Assembly (NCBI GenBank): GCA_002633005.1
Contig: NMRA01000004.1
Location: 315,846 to 379,845, forward strand
Reading direction: 5' to 3'
Length of the DNA stretch: 64,000 bases
From: Phoronis australis
Lineage: Eukaryota; Animalia; Phoronida
Under the pieces are notes generated by a model, which ran no database searches, was not told where the DNA came from, and saw nothing but the letters and a program-made list of their open reading frames with translations. The translations under genes were made by a program, and so were the position numbers. Shown one piece after another: positions 36,818 to 50,300 of this stretch; position 1 is the first letter of the stretch, and each line of letters starts with the position of its first letter.

Positions 36818-39800
36818 GTGCAGCCCGTGACAGCAGCACACCGGCCGAGTGCAGATGAAACTCCTGGCGATATGTTTTAAATAAGCAAAAGTTTTGGTAT
36901 GTTTTCTGAATGTATGGACTCCAGATAGTCCTTAATTTTGTATGCTAGTGAATCATAATATTTAGGTATTAGGTGAGCACACAATCCAAGTTTGCACTTG
37001 ATAATCCGGTATATTCAAACTATACAAATTCCCGGGATACATCTTAAGACATTTGGAGTTCACTGAACACGAATTTGAAGCTTTAATGCTGAGAACACAA
37101 ACTTTGACTGTTTACTGACTTGGTTAATTTTTGTTTACTGGAGCACAAAATCGAAAACACTCATCGAGCAGGATATATCGAAACTTAAGTCCGGAGATCA
37201 CATTTCGGATGCGGTGTTGGAACAAAAAATCGCATCATTTTTCGTTAATAGGGCACCAGTTTGCCCAGCCTTCTGCTCCAATAACACCCATCAGCTAGGT
37301 CACTTAAAGCACGTGACATAGTCATTAGTTAAGGTAAATAAAACACCTCATTTTCAAGTACAATTCCCAATCACATACTCAAGGTGGTTTGAAAATAAGT
37401 ACTAATACCATTGCTGCTATACAGGGGAATAAATTTAACCACTCAGTCAGAAGCATGACTGTGTCTAATCACATAGTTTTCATGTAGTATACTGGCTGTA
37501 ATTATTGTACACATTATAGTCATATATACACTGTAAATGTAGGCTATTTACATATTATAATAAACAACATTTGGCTCAAAATATTTCTTGTCACCATAAA
37601 TCAAAGTACAAAAAATATCAAATAAAATGTGTGCAAAACATATGGGAATGTCAATAAATTAAAATAAATATGATGTGATAAAACCACTTACAGACAAGAA
37701 CAAAACAGCACAGGATAACTTAATTTGGTAAAAAATATTAACCGCACTGAAATTTTTAATTAAAATGGGTTACAAAATAGTGTTACCTGCTTAATGCTTA
37801 TAAACTAGGCCCAATTAAAAATCTAAATCTGAATTAGATAAATTAAAATAAGTGCCATTAAACAGATATCTTCACTTTGCTTAGCTTTCAATGTTGAATT
37901 CTTAACTGAAGTGCATTGGAGTTAAAAACATTACCACCCTCATCCGATCTTAAATAGTTGGCCATTGACACAGACAGGCATATATACCCCATTTTCGAAA
38001 TAGGAATTTTTGGATTGGCTAACCTTTAAGAACTAAGAAGCTTGTTCTAATGTCACTGATGGTTTCCTTGTTTTTGTTGGTAATGGCAACAGATTCCAAT
38101 CAAGGTAAGGAACATTATGAGACTGGTTTTGAGAGAGTAAAATGCCAAAATAGATTTTCATTTTTAATTACCAGCTTAACAGGTGGAGATGCAGCTTCAG
38201 CTCCTAAATAAAAGCGCAAAACTCATTGAAAATAACAACCTTTATAAGCACTATTTGTTGAACCATAATCATATACATTAATAAATATAGTAATTTTCAA
38301 CTGATAACAATATTTTCAATAATGTTGCATTAACCTTCCACAAAATAGTAATCAATACTTTAAAAATTATTCTGTATTTAAAAGGCAACATAACAGAAAT
38401 CAATACAATAAACTAGGAAATAAATACACTTAAAATAGGATTAAGAGAGCAAAGGATTTCACAATTACAACAATTATGTACATTTTCATAATAAGACACT
38501 TTAAGGGGGGAAATTTTGCAAATGGATGTCAGAGTCACTGTTTTGGTCACATTATACGTGTTAAAGGCATTTAAAGGCATTCCCCTCAGAGAAGTTGAGG
38601 AAAGATATCTAAAATGCAAGTTATGTAAGGTCAATAAGCCAATAAAATATAGACAATGAAAATTTGCTGTCATAAGTCGCTAACACTGTTGACAGTTGAT
38701 TTATCGTTCATTATAAACATTGATTTATTCATATACAATGCAATTTTTCTGTTGATATTGAGAACCTACACTGGCTGTTTGAGTAAATGGTACATCTATA
38801 TGCATCAATACGGACATGTTCACCCCTACCAATGTAAATCCCTTAATCATATCCACATTCATCAATATTGAACAAAATGCATGATTTTGGAATATGCCTA
38901 AGGCATCACTTAAGATTGTTTTTAAGCCATAAATGTTCACATTTCTACCCCATCTCTACTATTCAGTAAGGTGTTATGGGATATTTCTGTAACTGCACCC
39001 CTGGCTGGCTTCACAAAACTGAGAGAAATTTGAGACAGGAAAAAAGCCAAAACAGTATGTGCATACAGGACCCTTTTTCGGAAAGGAGAGTATACTTATA
39101 TGGAATATACAATGAACAAAATTGGACAACTGCAAACAAAAAGAGAGAAGAAAAAGTTGTTTAACAAAACTTTTACGCCCTTGAATGAGACATTTTGGGC
39201 AACTGGGAAGAAACCAGGTTAATGCAACCAGGTGGAAAATGTGCCTGACGAATGCTGCTTGTAGAGGTGCGATTACAAAAATTCTTGGCAAGTTCACCCT
39301 GGCGTACAAGCAGGGATTCCACCTCAACTAAGGAGTGTCCCCTCAGTTTAGGAAACTTAAATTTTCAAGAAATGTAATTTAACTTGAAGGCATTAATTTA
39401 CATTAATGACCACATAGCCTCATTCATTTCTAAACAGAAAGCCTATGCGCAATTTTCATGAAGATAATTGTTAGTGCTCAAAGTAAGTGAACTTTCATTC
39501 TTTGACCATTTATGTTTCACTCCCTTGCACACCAGACAATTTTTAATAAGAGAAAGCACTAATGATTTCAAATTAAAATTCAGTTATTTTACAAACACTA
39601 TATTCATCATACTTAACATCACATGATAACCAACTTGGTCCTCATAAGCTTGGCCACATACGGATATAGGATTTCATCACAATCCAAATACTATACAATA
39701 CACATAATGGATATATTACATAATCATCAACAACAGAGACATCTTCAGTTGTATTTTAGTTAAATTTTGGAGTATCCTATCTACTAAGAAAATCTTTGGA

Positions 39801-40602
39801 AAATAAACAGTTACGTCTTAATTAAATGCTTCTTCCTAAAAAAAGTCCAATTCAGAATGATACACATTTGATTTTACTTTTTGCTTTGTAATAAAAAGGA
39901 TACTAACCCTGTTTAACATTGTTCTAATTGTGACTAGATCACTTAAATCTAAAAATAATATTCCTTAATCCTTTTCAACAGGTCTCAAAAGCTTGAAGAA
40001 AGTTTGAAGACTACTTACAAAATCTTCTAAATCTGCCAGTATGACGAATGCTTTGAGCAAATCAAAGCAGTCCCAGGGGAAGTCCACTTCAAAGCTCAGG
40101 TTGTGACATAATAATGAAATGCTATGCTTCATCTCTCCAAAGAAAGTATTTACAGTTTAGAAGATGACAAAGAGAAACTGAGCATGAAGTTTAATACCCC
40201 TTTAACATGACCAACTCAAACAGAGTATAGTATCTGTTTCACAAACCAATCAAAGAGTTTTGTATCTGTTTAGTAACATCAACTAAAACTGAGCTTAGTA
40301 TCTCTTTAAAGAAGTTCACAAACATTAATGAAGACCGTCTTGAAACTAAGGAATACTTTTTGCAAAAGATTCTCACATTTTTGCTGCAGGAAATGACTTT
40401 AGTTGATGAACAGTCTTCACAAATTTTCCAATTACATCCCAAGGTTGGTAAGTTTACCGCTAAGTTATACCCCTGTGGCTGAGTGCACGACATGTCTGTA
40501 CAACATGAACAACAAAGCATGCAATTAAGTACTACAACATCAACAATGGACAATAAATACTCCTTTAATAAGACAACAAACAAAGCACATGCAAGGTCCC
40601 AA

Positions 40603-41325
40603 CTACTGCTGTTTTACTGTTAGCCTATCGCTTTCGCCATCATTCGAAATCGCGTCTCCATTACCGGAGTTTACTGGCAAGAATGGCTGATGCAGTGGCG
40701 AAGAATTCGGTGTTGGTTCATTGGACATATTTTTGTCTTGAACTAAGGGTTGCTGTAGGATATCGCTTGATGATATTTTCAAAGCAGGATTTATTGTACC
40801 ATTGGCTTTCAAGCTCTTCTTGGCATTGAGGGCTGTGAGTTCTAAGTTGCCATTACTAGACTCATTCAGTTCAATGTTGTCCTCAGGAATGTTCACGATG
40901 CATAAGAAGATATCAAACTTGGCAGGTAACATCTCCTTTTCAAATATGACCTTGAATAGCAAGGACACTACGATTTCAGTTACTAAAGATATTAACATAC
41001 AGAGAGTTCTAAAGGGGAACAACTGACTGTTTTCCTTCGCATCATAAAACGGATAATGGATGAGTGCGGGTAGACCAATTAACTTCTCACCACCAGCAAT
41101 TCTGAAGAATAAACCAATAATGTACGCCGACAGAGAGCCATAGGTGTTGCAGAACTTGAGGTATACCACGCATATTAATTGCGGGAAGAGAATCACATAG
41201 ACAAGGTCAGAGCACAGCGCCCATAAACCATAAATTGTGTTTATTGTGATTCCCATAACTGTGGCCAGTACACCAACGCCAAATATACCCGCTCTCATTA
41301 TCCACACAATTTCACGTTCACTCGC
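40603..41325 (-). CDS. SLC5A7: CHT1-like B terminal coding exon (ASEREIVW...LTVKQQ*)
   Basis: ttacag acceptor, 723 nt to TAG. Confidence 0.93.
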   Translation of the reverse strand, partial: ASEREIVWIMRAGIFGVGVLATVMGITINTIYGLWALCSDLVYVILFPQLICVVYLKFCNTYGSLSAYIIGLFFRIAGGEKLIGLPALIHYPFYDAKENSQLFPFRTLCMLISLVTEIVVSLLFKVIFEKEMLPAKFDIFLCIVNIPEDNIELNESSNGNLELTALNAKKSLKANGTINPALKISSSDILQQPLVQDKNMSNEPTPNSSPLHQPFLPVNSGNGDAISNDGESDRLTVKQQ

Positions 41326-44300
41326 CTGTAAAAGAAACAAAATTACAAATTAGACAGAAACATTGCATGGGTATGAAAGATCCAGGGACACTCCTTTCAT
41401 CCACTTTTGATTTTTACCATTCTATCAATTTGCTCGCTATGTGGATAAGAAGTGATTTTTGGCTTTGGAAAAAACTGACAGTTTCCTACATCGTAAGTTT
41501 CAGTGCAGTAACTTAATGGCTTGTCACAGTGCATATAATTGTCTCCAGCAATATCCACTGTCAGTTCTTTCCAAGCTCCATATCGCTTCTCATCCGATGA
41601 ATGAACAAGTTGATACTAGTTTTGTAGCAACATAGATAGCCTATGGTAGCAGTAAGTGGTCTGAATCAAAAGTTGTCTTTAATGGGAGGTGTAGGTTTAT
41701 CAGTAGCAGCATAAGGTCAAAAGCAAATCTAAATGAACCTATCATTAAAAAATCCATCTGGAAATACTCCAGAAAAGAACAACTTTATAGTGATATGATG
41801 CTGCATGTGGCTTTAAATGACATTACAAATATTACCAGAGGTGTGTTCTGCATGCGCAAGACACATCCAGTGAGAAACTTGGCAATGGAACAGAAATAGA
41901 TTTTTTACTCACAGCCTACTCCCGTAATTCAATTCTAGCCTCGCCGACCAATCATTTCAGTAACGACCATTTTGCTTGTGTATGTGAGTATGGTCTCAAA
42001 CTTATATATACTCGTGAAACACGCAACTTTCACTCAAAAGATTTTATGTTGTCTTGCAAGACTTTGCAAGTACCATGCTAGATGGAATGCTGTACAGGAT
42101 TTGTTGATAAAACAGATTAAAAAGAAGCACTAAACTGAGTTTTTGGATTAAAAATATGCATTTAGAACTGGATGCTCCTTACTTCAAGCATAAACAAAAA
42201 GGAAAATAGAGTCAATTCTGGCTGTGGCCCTGTTCAAGCCCGCATTCTGAACAACGGCAAGTTAAGTCATATATTTGATCGCTGATAAATCTCACAAATC
42301 AATCAATCACTCTTCATGTATTTTTTAATGAATAGGAGCCAAAAGTTTCATACTACCCGCATGAAAAAAATCCTATGTTTACACCCTATAACCGGTTGAG
42401 AATGGGCAACTCAACCAGATTGCGCACCACAGAATCTGCCAGCTTAGATCAAAGACACCATGCCGTTGTGGTAAATTAAATCACTTCATGCTGCTGGTAT
42501 TATCGTTCCCTAAATAATGAGACCCATCATAAGCACATTGGGGGCAATAATAGCATTTTCAAAATTTTTGTTTCGAAAGTTTGTAAATAGCATAATTGAA
42601 TAGTTCGTGAAAAGCACACGTGGTTAGGGTTTTGAACTTTGAAAGTCGCACAAGAAATGTGACTTTTACAACTTAAAACGTGTGTTTAATGTTGCAATAA
42701 TACATTCCTCATTAATTCTTTTGGGTGTGCAACATAATTGGGTCAATTACTAAACCGTCAGGCAGCAGTTGGATTTTGAGGTAACCCCAGTGTCATCGTA
42801 CAATTCTAGGTATGCTGAGCTTCTTGCTATGTTATTTGAAAACAACAAGAGCAGATTATCTTGTGATGGGCAATGAACAGATTAATGGTCCAATACAGAA
42901 AATGGGATCAAAATGGTGGTTTCAAAAAATACAGCTACTGTATCTGGTTGAAGCACCTGAAATTAAGACCTAAGTTTAGTGCCTCTTATGGCTAGCAAAG
43001 AAAATGACACAAAAGTGCAGCTTAAAACATTACTCCCTGTCTGAAGATCAGCTTGTAGACATTGCGAGCAAACATAGAGCTGGCTGAGAGGACAGACGAA
43101 TCAGCAGATGACATCACAGCGGCAGATATGGCACCCAGCCCAATAAACGACACTGCCTCTGGACATAAGTATTGTAGAACCAATGGAAGGACAATCTTAC
43201 GCTCTTCGTCAGGAATGGGGACCTTGCCATCATAGGCAGTCGAGTTCCAATCTGAAACATCATACATTTACTGTAGTTTTACATTCATCTCTAGATTACG
43301 AACGTTCTAACACTACAAACACCAAAAAAGACCCGCACTTTTCAGATAATTTTCTTTTGCAAACAAACAAGTCCCACATTTACAACTAAGAAAATTAACT
43401 GACATGGAAAAAACAAGTTATGAAAATGGTTGTTAAAACAAGAGACAGTGGATCATAAAATTCAAGACATGATGTGGCTGAATGATACTATAATCTTCAT
43501 TATCATTACAATTATTAGAAAATGATATTCATCCACTGTTCATGGCAGAATGCTTTATAAAAATAAATGTGTTACTGCAACAGATAAATTACATATTTGT
43601 AAAAATAATGTACAGCAGTAAATACGGTTAGCAGAAAACATGCCAATATCATTATGATACTTGAATAGAAAAACAGAAACAAAAACATAATGAAAAATTA
43701 AAGCGAGACTAAAAAGTAGGGTGTCTTGTAGTTCTTAGCATTTGCAAGAAAAAGACATGGATGCACTGAATGTGTTTAAAGTATCTTTTTATTCACTTCT
43801 AATAATTATTTTTAACTTATTCTAATTTTCATCTTCATTATCATTATTGATATTATTACTATTATTGTTATCATTATTATCAGTATTACTTTTATTATTG
43901 TTATTGTAGTTAGTGTTAGCATAATAGTATTATTATACACGTAATTATTATACTTGCAATTATTATACTAATACTTACTATTATTGATTTTATTGTACTT
44001 ACTATTGTTATTATACTTCTCATCATCGTTATTATTACATTAAAAACAACTATTATTATTGTGATGATTTTAGAGCCAAAAAGATAAGGCCTTCAATGAA
44101 AACAACACATGCAAATGTGCAGTACAAGAAGATAGCGTAACAACCTTCCACTGTTTATTCTGATTCATCAATCATTATATTTTCCCACGTTGTTTAACCA
44201 ATCTATTACGCAATATATATCATCCTCTCTACTACGTACATTTGATGTTGAAATAGCAATCATATTTTACAATTAAGCATTGCATGTGATTGCAGTACCC

Positions 44301-47300
44301 CACTATAGCAACAGAACTGGTCAATTTATAATACAACAGCTCAACTCTGCCCAGATTTCTCCATCATCATCCAATGCCCTCTTCAGTTTTACCTGTCGAT
44401 GCAGCGATAGCGCCAATAAGTAAAGCAGGTATGGCCATGATGATGCAGCCAACAGCAGCCACAAAGGACAGCATTTGTGCTCGGAAGGCCGTTTTAGATG
44501 ATAGAACTCGTTGGAAATACACCTGCAATTAAAGACAGAATACAGCATTTAACTACTGATTTTTAATGCTCAGGGCTGGGTTGTCGCATAAAACCTCAAA
44601 ATTATCCATTGTATGAGTTTAATTGTTGCATGACATCAGGTCCATTGTTCAACAATAACGTGGTGCATGATATTCTAACGGCATTGTTGCTATGCAGAGT
44701 ATAACTTTTATGCAATTGGGCCCTGTATTGTAAAACCTAGCTGTGAAAATTGCATAAAGTAGACCTTTGACCTTGCCCTTCAAAAACCCTCCCACACCAC
44801 TCTCCTTCTTGCTCATCACTGTTTCTTTCCTAAACATGTAGAAAATTACACTGGCTGAGGTGGATCTCATCTGCCCACCAGCAGGTCCTTCAACTAACAA
44901 TCATTATCTTCACAAAGCAGCAATTCACCTGCCTTCCATAGAAGAAACTAACATTTTACTTAGGCCACTTACAGTTGTAAAATTGGTCTCGACTTGTTCC
45001 GTTTTCAGATGATAGGCGATTTTTGGTCTGACAAAACTTACGCTTTGATATTGCTCAAGACTATTTTTGGTTAATAAATTGACATGGTGTGACAAGTCGA
45101 TTAACTTGTAAAGCCTGATCTGAAGCAAATATGGTAATTCTCCACAAAAACAATTGCCAAAATTGTCAGTTTTAAATTTTTCAAAAGCTTTTAACATTAC
45201 TCTAGATAATGGAAATTTGCTAAAATTCGCAACCTTTATTTTTATAAAGAAATTTGTTACAATAAAATTTCCCTCGTCGGCCACTAGTTGGGTTCTGAAT
45301 ATGTTACGGACTATACCCATTAAGCCGTGAAATCATCCCCAATTTGACTAAGAAGCAATACGAGACCAATTTCATAACTGTAAGTGGTCTAAATCAAAAG
45401 TTGCTCTTTGTGACGGAAGGTGGGTAATTATACCTGCATTGAACTGCTGGTGCAGCCACCTAAGGATCAAAATACCATCTAGCTGGGCCTTTATTGAATG
45501 AACTCTGCCATAGTGCATTGAGCGTGGGGCCATACATTATATACCTGCCATAAGTTTCAAAACCAAAATGTAAGTTAGTGTATCCAGAGTTGTCCTGAAG
45601 TGCAGTGAAAACGCTGAGAAGATATTTTGAAATTTTGTGAACCTTTCCTTCAGGGGCATTTCCTCCATACTTAAATGGTCAAAACATGAAAATTCCAAAA
45701 TATGCCAAATGACTTGACACAACAACAATTGGTTATTACTATCAGATAGATTAGGGAGATCACCTGTGACAGGTAGGAAGTGACCTTATTCTGAAGGGTA
45801 GGCCAAGCCTGTCAAACTTGATCGTGTTTTCATCACCTTTTTGGTTGAGAAAGCCTGTTTGGGAACGAAAATCATTTTCTGTCATGGTATAAAGGTTTCG
45901 ACATCTTTGTGTGATTGAATACCTAGGGTTTATAACTTGTGTTTCAGACTGTTAAAAGAAAATGTCCCTTTATATCTACCGTATGTTTAAAAGTTCACAA
46001 ACTCCAACTTGAAAACTTCTTAATATTAATGTCTGCAGTAGAAATTACCTGCCAAGGTATTCCTCCAAATGTCAGTAGCAGCGCTGAGTCTAACCAAACG
46101 CCAGTCTGATTGACATCAAATTCACCTACCCACCTTTTGTAGGTATCGTCTAGATTGGTGACAGCAGGATGCGTGATGGCAAATGGAACAGATATCCACT
46201 GAAAATATTACGTGATTCTACTAAAAAAGTTCAACAGCACAAGCAAACAGAAGAAACTTAAATCTAACTTTATAACTAAGAATAGAAAAGTTGTGAGAAG
46301 TTCAGGATCAATACTTTGTATGGTTCACAACAAACTGTGAGGTATTTTGTTTGAAAAGAACAAACAAGACATCGAAACCTTCTGAATTTTGAAAAAGATA
46401 AAATGATCAATTTACATTTTTATAGGCTGATATCAAAAAACAGGCACATATCTGTAATTGTCCCAGTCCTTGAACCGCAGTCATATGGCATGCAAAGATC
46501 CTTATCAGCAACTTCTCAACAATAATACTGAAATTGTTCATGTCATTTCAGGTCATCATTAATTATGCATAGCAATGGCTAGACTGAAGTGCCAGATTCT
46601 GAATTAGATTGCTCAATGAGTTGATCAGATCAAGCTCTGCAAATTTCTGTCAGGGTCTGCCAGTAATGGCTGTAGAGCCGTGACTGAATTACATACCAAA
46701 CCTATGAAGATACAGAACAGCTGTATAACGTCAGTGTAGGCGACAGAATAGAGGCCACCGAACAGGGTGTAGATGATGGCAATACAGGCTGACACGATGA
46801 CAGCCGTGCTATTGTCAAGATCAATGATGACAGAGAGTGTTGCTCCTGAAAAAACAAAAAAATTTATATTGTATTTCTTGAGGTAAAAATTATCCTGAGC
46901 AATTTAATTTCAGAAGCCAAACAGTCGCTAATGTGGCAATGGCTCTGCTCCACACACATTAAGGACCTTAGACCAGTACTCCTTATAAAGAGGCAGACAA
47001 CACGGGTTCTTCTACAAATCTATTGACGAAGTACGAGATGCTGGGAAATGGGCGGAGTTTCTAATGACGGGTTCTTGCAACAGATTGGATGGAAATTCTT
47101 ATCTATAACATCTACCAAGAGCAATACGAGAGTTGAAATGTGCTCATGAATGCACAACAAACGGTGTGCTTCTAGGGTTTTTTATTTTGCATCACAAAAA
47201 TGGCAACTAGATGGAGCAAAATACATATAATCCATCTGAAAACGAGAACAGATCGTCATTATTTTTAGTAGAAAGCTTTTTACCAAATTTCATAAAAATC

Positions 47301-50300
47301 CGTTAAGGAACTTCAGAGAAAGAGAATGGAAAAAATGAAATTACCACTAGGGGGCACAGCGTTCATGGGATCCGTTGTCTGAAAGTAGTCGTCGTCCGTT
47401 GGCAACTTCATATAAGTACACTTGCTTATTAAGATCCCGCAGTGGTTTTAGGAGATACAGCCATGGGAGCAAAAAATGCCACTAGGTGGCACCACCAAGG
47501 CTGTAGTGGGGCGTAGGCGCACATAGGCGCAGCCAACCACCTTTTGGCATTTGAACGTAATGCCTACGCACTGTAAGTTACATTCAGTATTCAAGGTGAT
47601 ACAGTGGGTTTTGGGCGCCTACTTACCTCTAATTTTACCACTACAGCACTGGACACCACAGATAGTCGAAGTTATCCAAAAGTCATCGCTGACCGTCCTC
47701 TTCACATTAAAAACATACTGGTATATGTCAATTTTCACAATCATCCTTAGAGTGGTTTGGTTGATAGAGGGGCGGATGCCAAAAACAGACTAGAAAACAC
47801 TGAAAATGGCCACTAGATGGTGCAAATTCATCAAACCCATCCCAAAACGAGAACATGTCAGCGTTTCTTTAATAGAAGACTATTTACCAAATTTCATAAA
47901 AATCTGAACTTCAGAGAAATAGAGGAAAATGGAAAAAAATGAAACTGCCACTAGGGGGCACAGCATTTGTCGGATCAGTTTGAAAGTCGTTGTCTTCCGT
48001 TGTCAACTTCATATAAATGCACTCACTAAATTTAATAAAGAACCTGCAGTGGGTTCAGGAGAAACAGACATGGGTGCAAAAAAGAAACAAAACTGCCACT
48101 AAGAGGTGCTACAGTAGTCAAAGTCTTTGGAAAATTATCGTCAATCGTTCTTTTTAAAGTGGAAACATATATGTCAAATTTCACAATCATCCTTAGAGTG
48201 GTTTGGTTGATAGAGGGGCAGATGCCAAAGACAGACTCGAAAACAGTAAAAATGGTCACTAGATGGAGCAAAATACCTCGAATCCATCTCGAAATGAGAG
48301 CCTCGAAATAGGATCATTTGACTAATAGATGCCTATTTGCTAAATTATATAAAAATCCGTTGTGGACCTCTGGTAAAAAATTACCACTAGGGGGCACACC
48401 GGATTAGTTGGATAGGTCCAAAGTTTGTTGTCGACTGTTGTCAGCTTCATAGGAACACATCTGTCAAATCCCATCAAGATCCCGTGCCAGCTTTATGAGA
48501 TACAGCTCCGGACGCTGGATCCCCAGACAGAGATGATGACAATATGCACCCACATATGAATATGTGGGCGAATGAAAGTTGTGAAAAATGTATGTTTTTT
48601 TCTGGCAGGTTTTGATGCTCCAACTTGGAGAGACTGTCAAGTATATTGATTATTAGTGCACTAGTGGTTCCTTCTCATGTGATGATGGCTGAAGTTCATT
48701 TTACAAAATATTATGAAGTGGTTCATAGCTGTTTTAAATTAATTCAATCAGTGTAATAAAAATGCATGCTTAAAGTCCATGATTATTGGCATTGTCAAAA
48801 GCATACAGAGCATTTCCTCTCTTGGCAAGACCAGTCACTTACAAAGAGTGCTTTCAAAATCCTGGTTGTACTCTCTCAATTGATAATTTCCACACACACT
48901 TTCAAAAATTGTAACATTGGAAAATCAACTAGTTACAAGGTACTTTGTACATTGCAGTAGATGATGTTCAAGGACCGTGAGCATCAACCAGCCGCAATAT
49001 CGTCAGCCCTGACCTAAGCGCTTTTTGTGCAGAGTACAGCAATTATCGCATTACCAGTAACTATTTCAGTGGTAGTATCAGTGCGAGTAATTATGGACAA
49101 AAGATGACTGAGGGAACACTTAACAACAGACAGAGGTAATATATTTGTATTTGATTTTTTTTCCATTTTGGCCTTGGAGAGGGTTACTAGTCCACATAGT
49201 GGCTTAAATTGACTCAAAAGGTCAGTGAAAGTAGTTCTTTGTGAACCCTGCTATTAGTCATACAACTGTCCTAGTTGGCCTGTGCAAGTAAACACAGATT
49301 AACAAAGAATTTATTGTCTTGGTTTTATTACCCCATTTGAGTTTTGAGTAGCCCAGCCCGGAATGCCGTATCTGGGTATGACTGTTGTTAACCCTGTTCC
49401 CCCAGCATGAACTTTTAAACATGACAATGAGTTTAAAGGATCCCTTACCCAAAGCAGATAAAATGGCTGCTGACCAGAAAACCTCGCCAAGTAAGGCAGG
49501 AATGAAGAGCAGACCACCCATTCTTCCACCAAACTGCCTTTGGAAAGGATCCAGCATAGTGACGTAACCCTCTGATCTCATGCGGTTGGCGAAAAATAGA
49601 CCACCTAGAAAATTTTTTCAGTTAGAGTCCATAACTGATGCTTTGGTTCTGAACCTTTAAGAGCAAGTGATTATCCACATGATATATTGTGAACATACTG
49701 CTTTGGTCACATCTTATTAAATAGGAGGAATCACAAGCACTGTGTCCATCTAAAGTAAATTTTTAGCTACGGGGAATAACTCACCAATTTAGGACACAAC
49801 CTGGCAGACAGCAGAAACATTATTTTCTCATTTTTTCACATCAGATGTATAGATAAAAACCTTTACAATGTTCAAGTTTTATATAATATCTCCAAATACA
49901 CAAAATTTTGAAAACTTCTGTGTCAACTCACAACCATGTAAGTATTAACGCTACAAGAAATGAGAAAATGGCAATAAGGCAATGTTGGCAAGTAGTTTTG
50001 TACGCGTGCAGCTTTAACAGAAAATAGTCATTTTCATGCCGCTGCTCTGTATGGTGAAAAAAGGGTGGGGCTTTCTTATAATTATTATTGTGGTTTGTAT
50101 TTTTCCAGGCTCTTTGGAATCTCCTTTGTCTACCATTTATACTTACCAAAGACGAGACTGAAGGCATAACCAAAGGGTGCCTGACACCAAACAAGTCCAT
50201 ACCCAGGTGTAAAGATGATTTCAGCTGTTCCATTTATGTAGCCACCACCTACCCACGTAGCTATAACGAAATGATTTAAGGTATGAATAAATTCATCATA

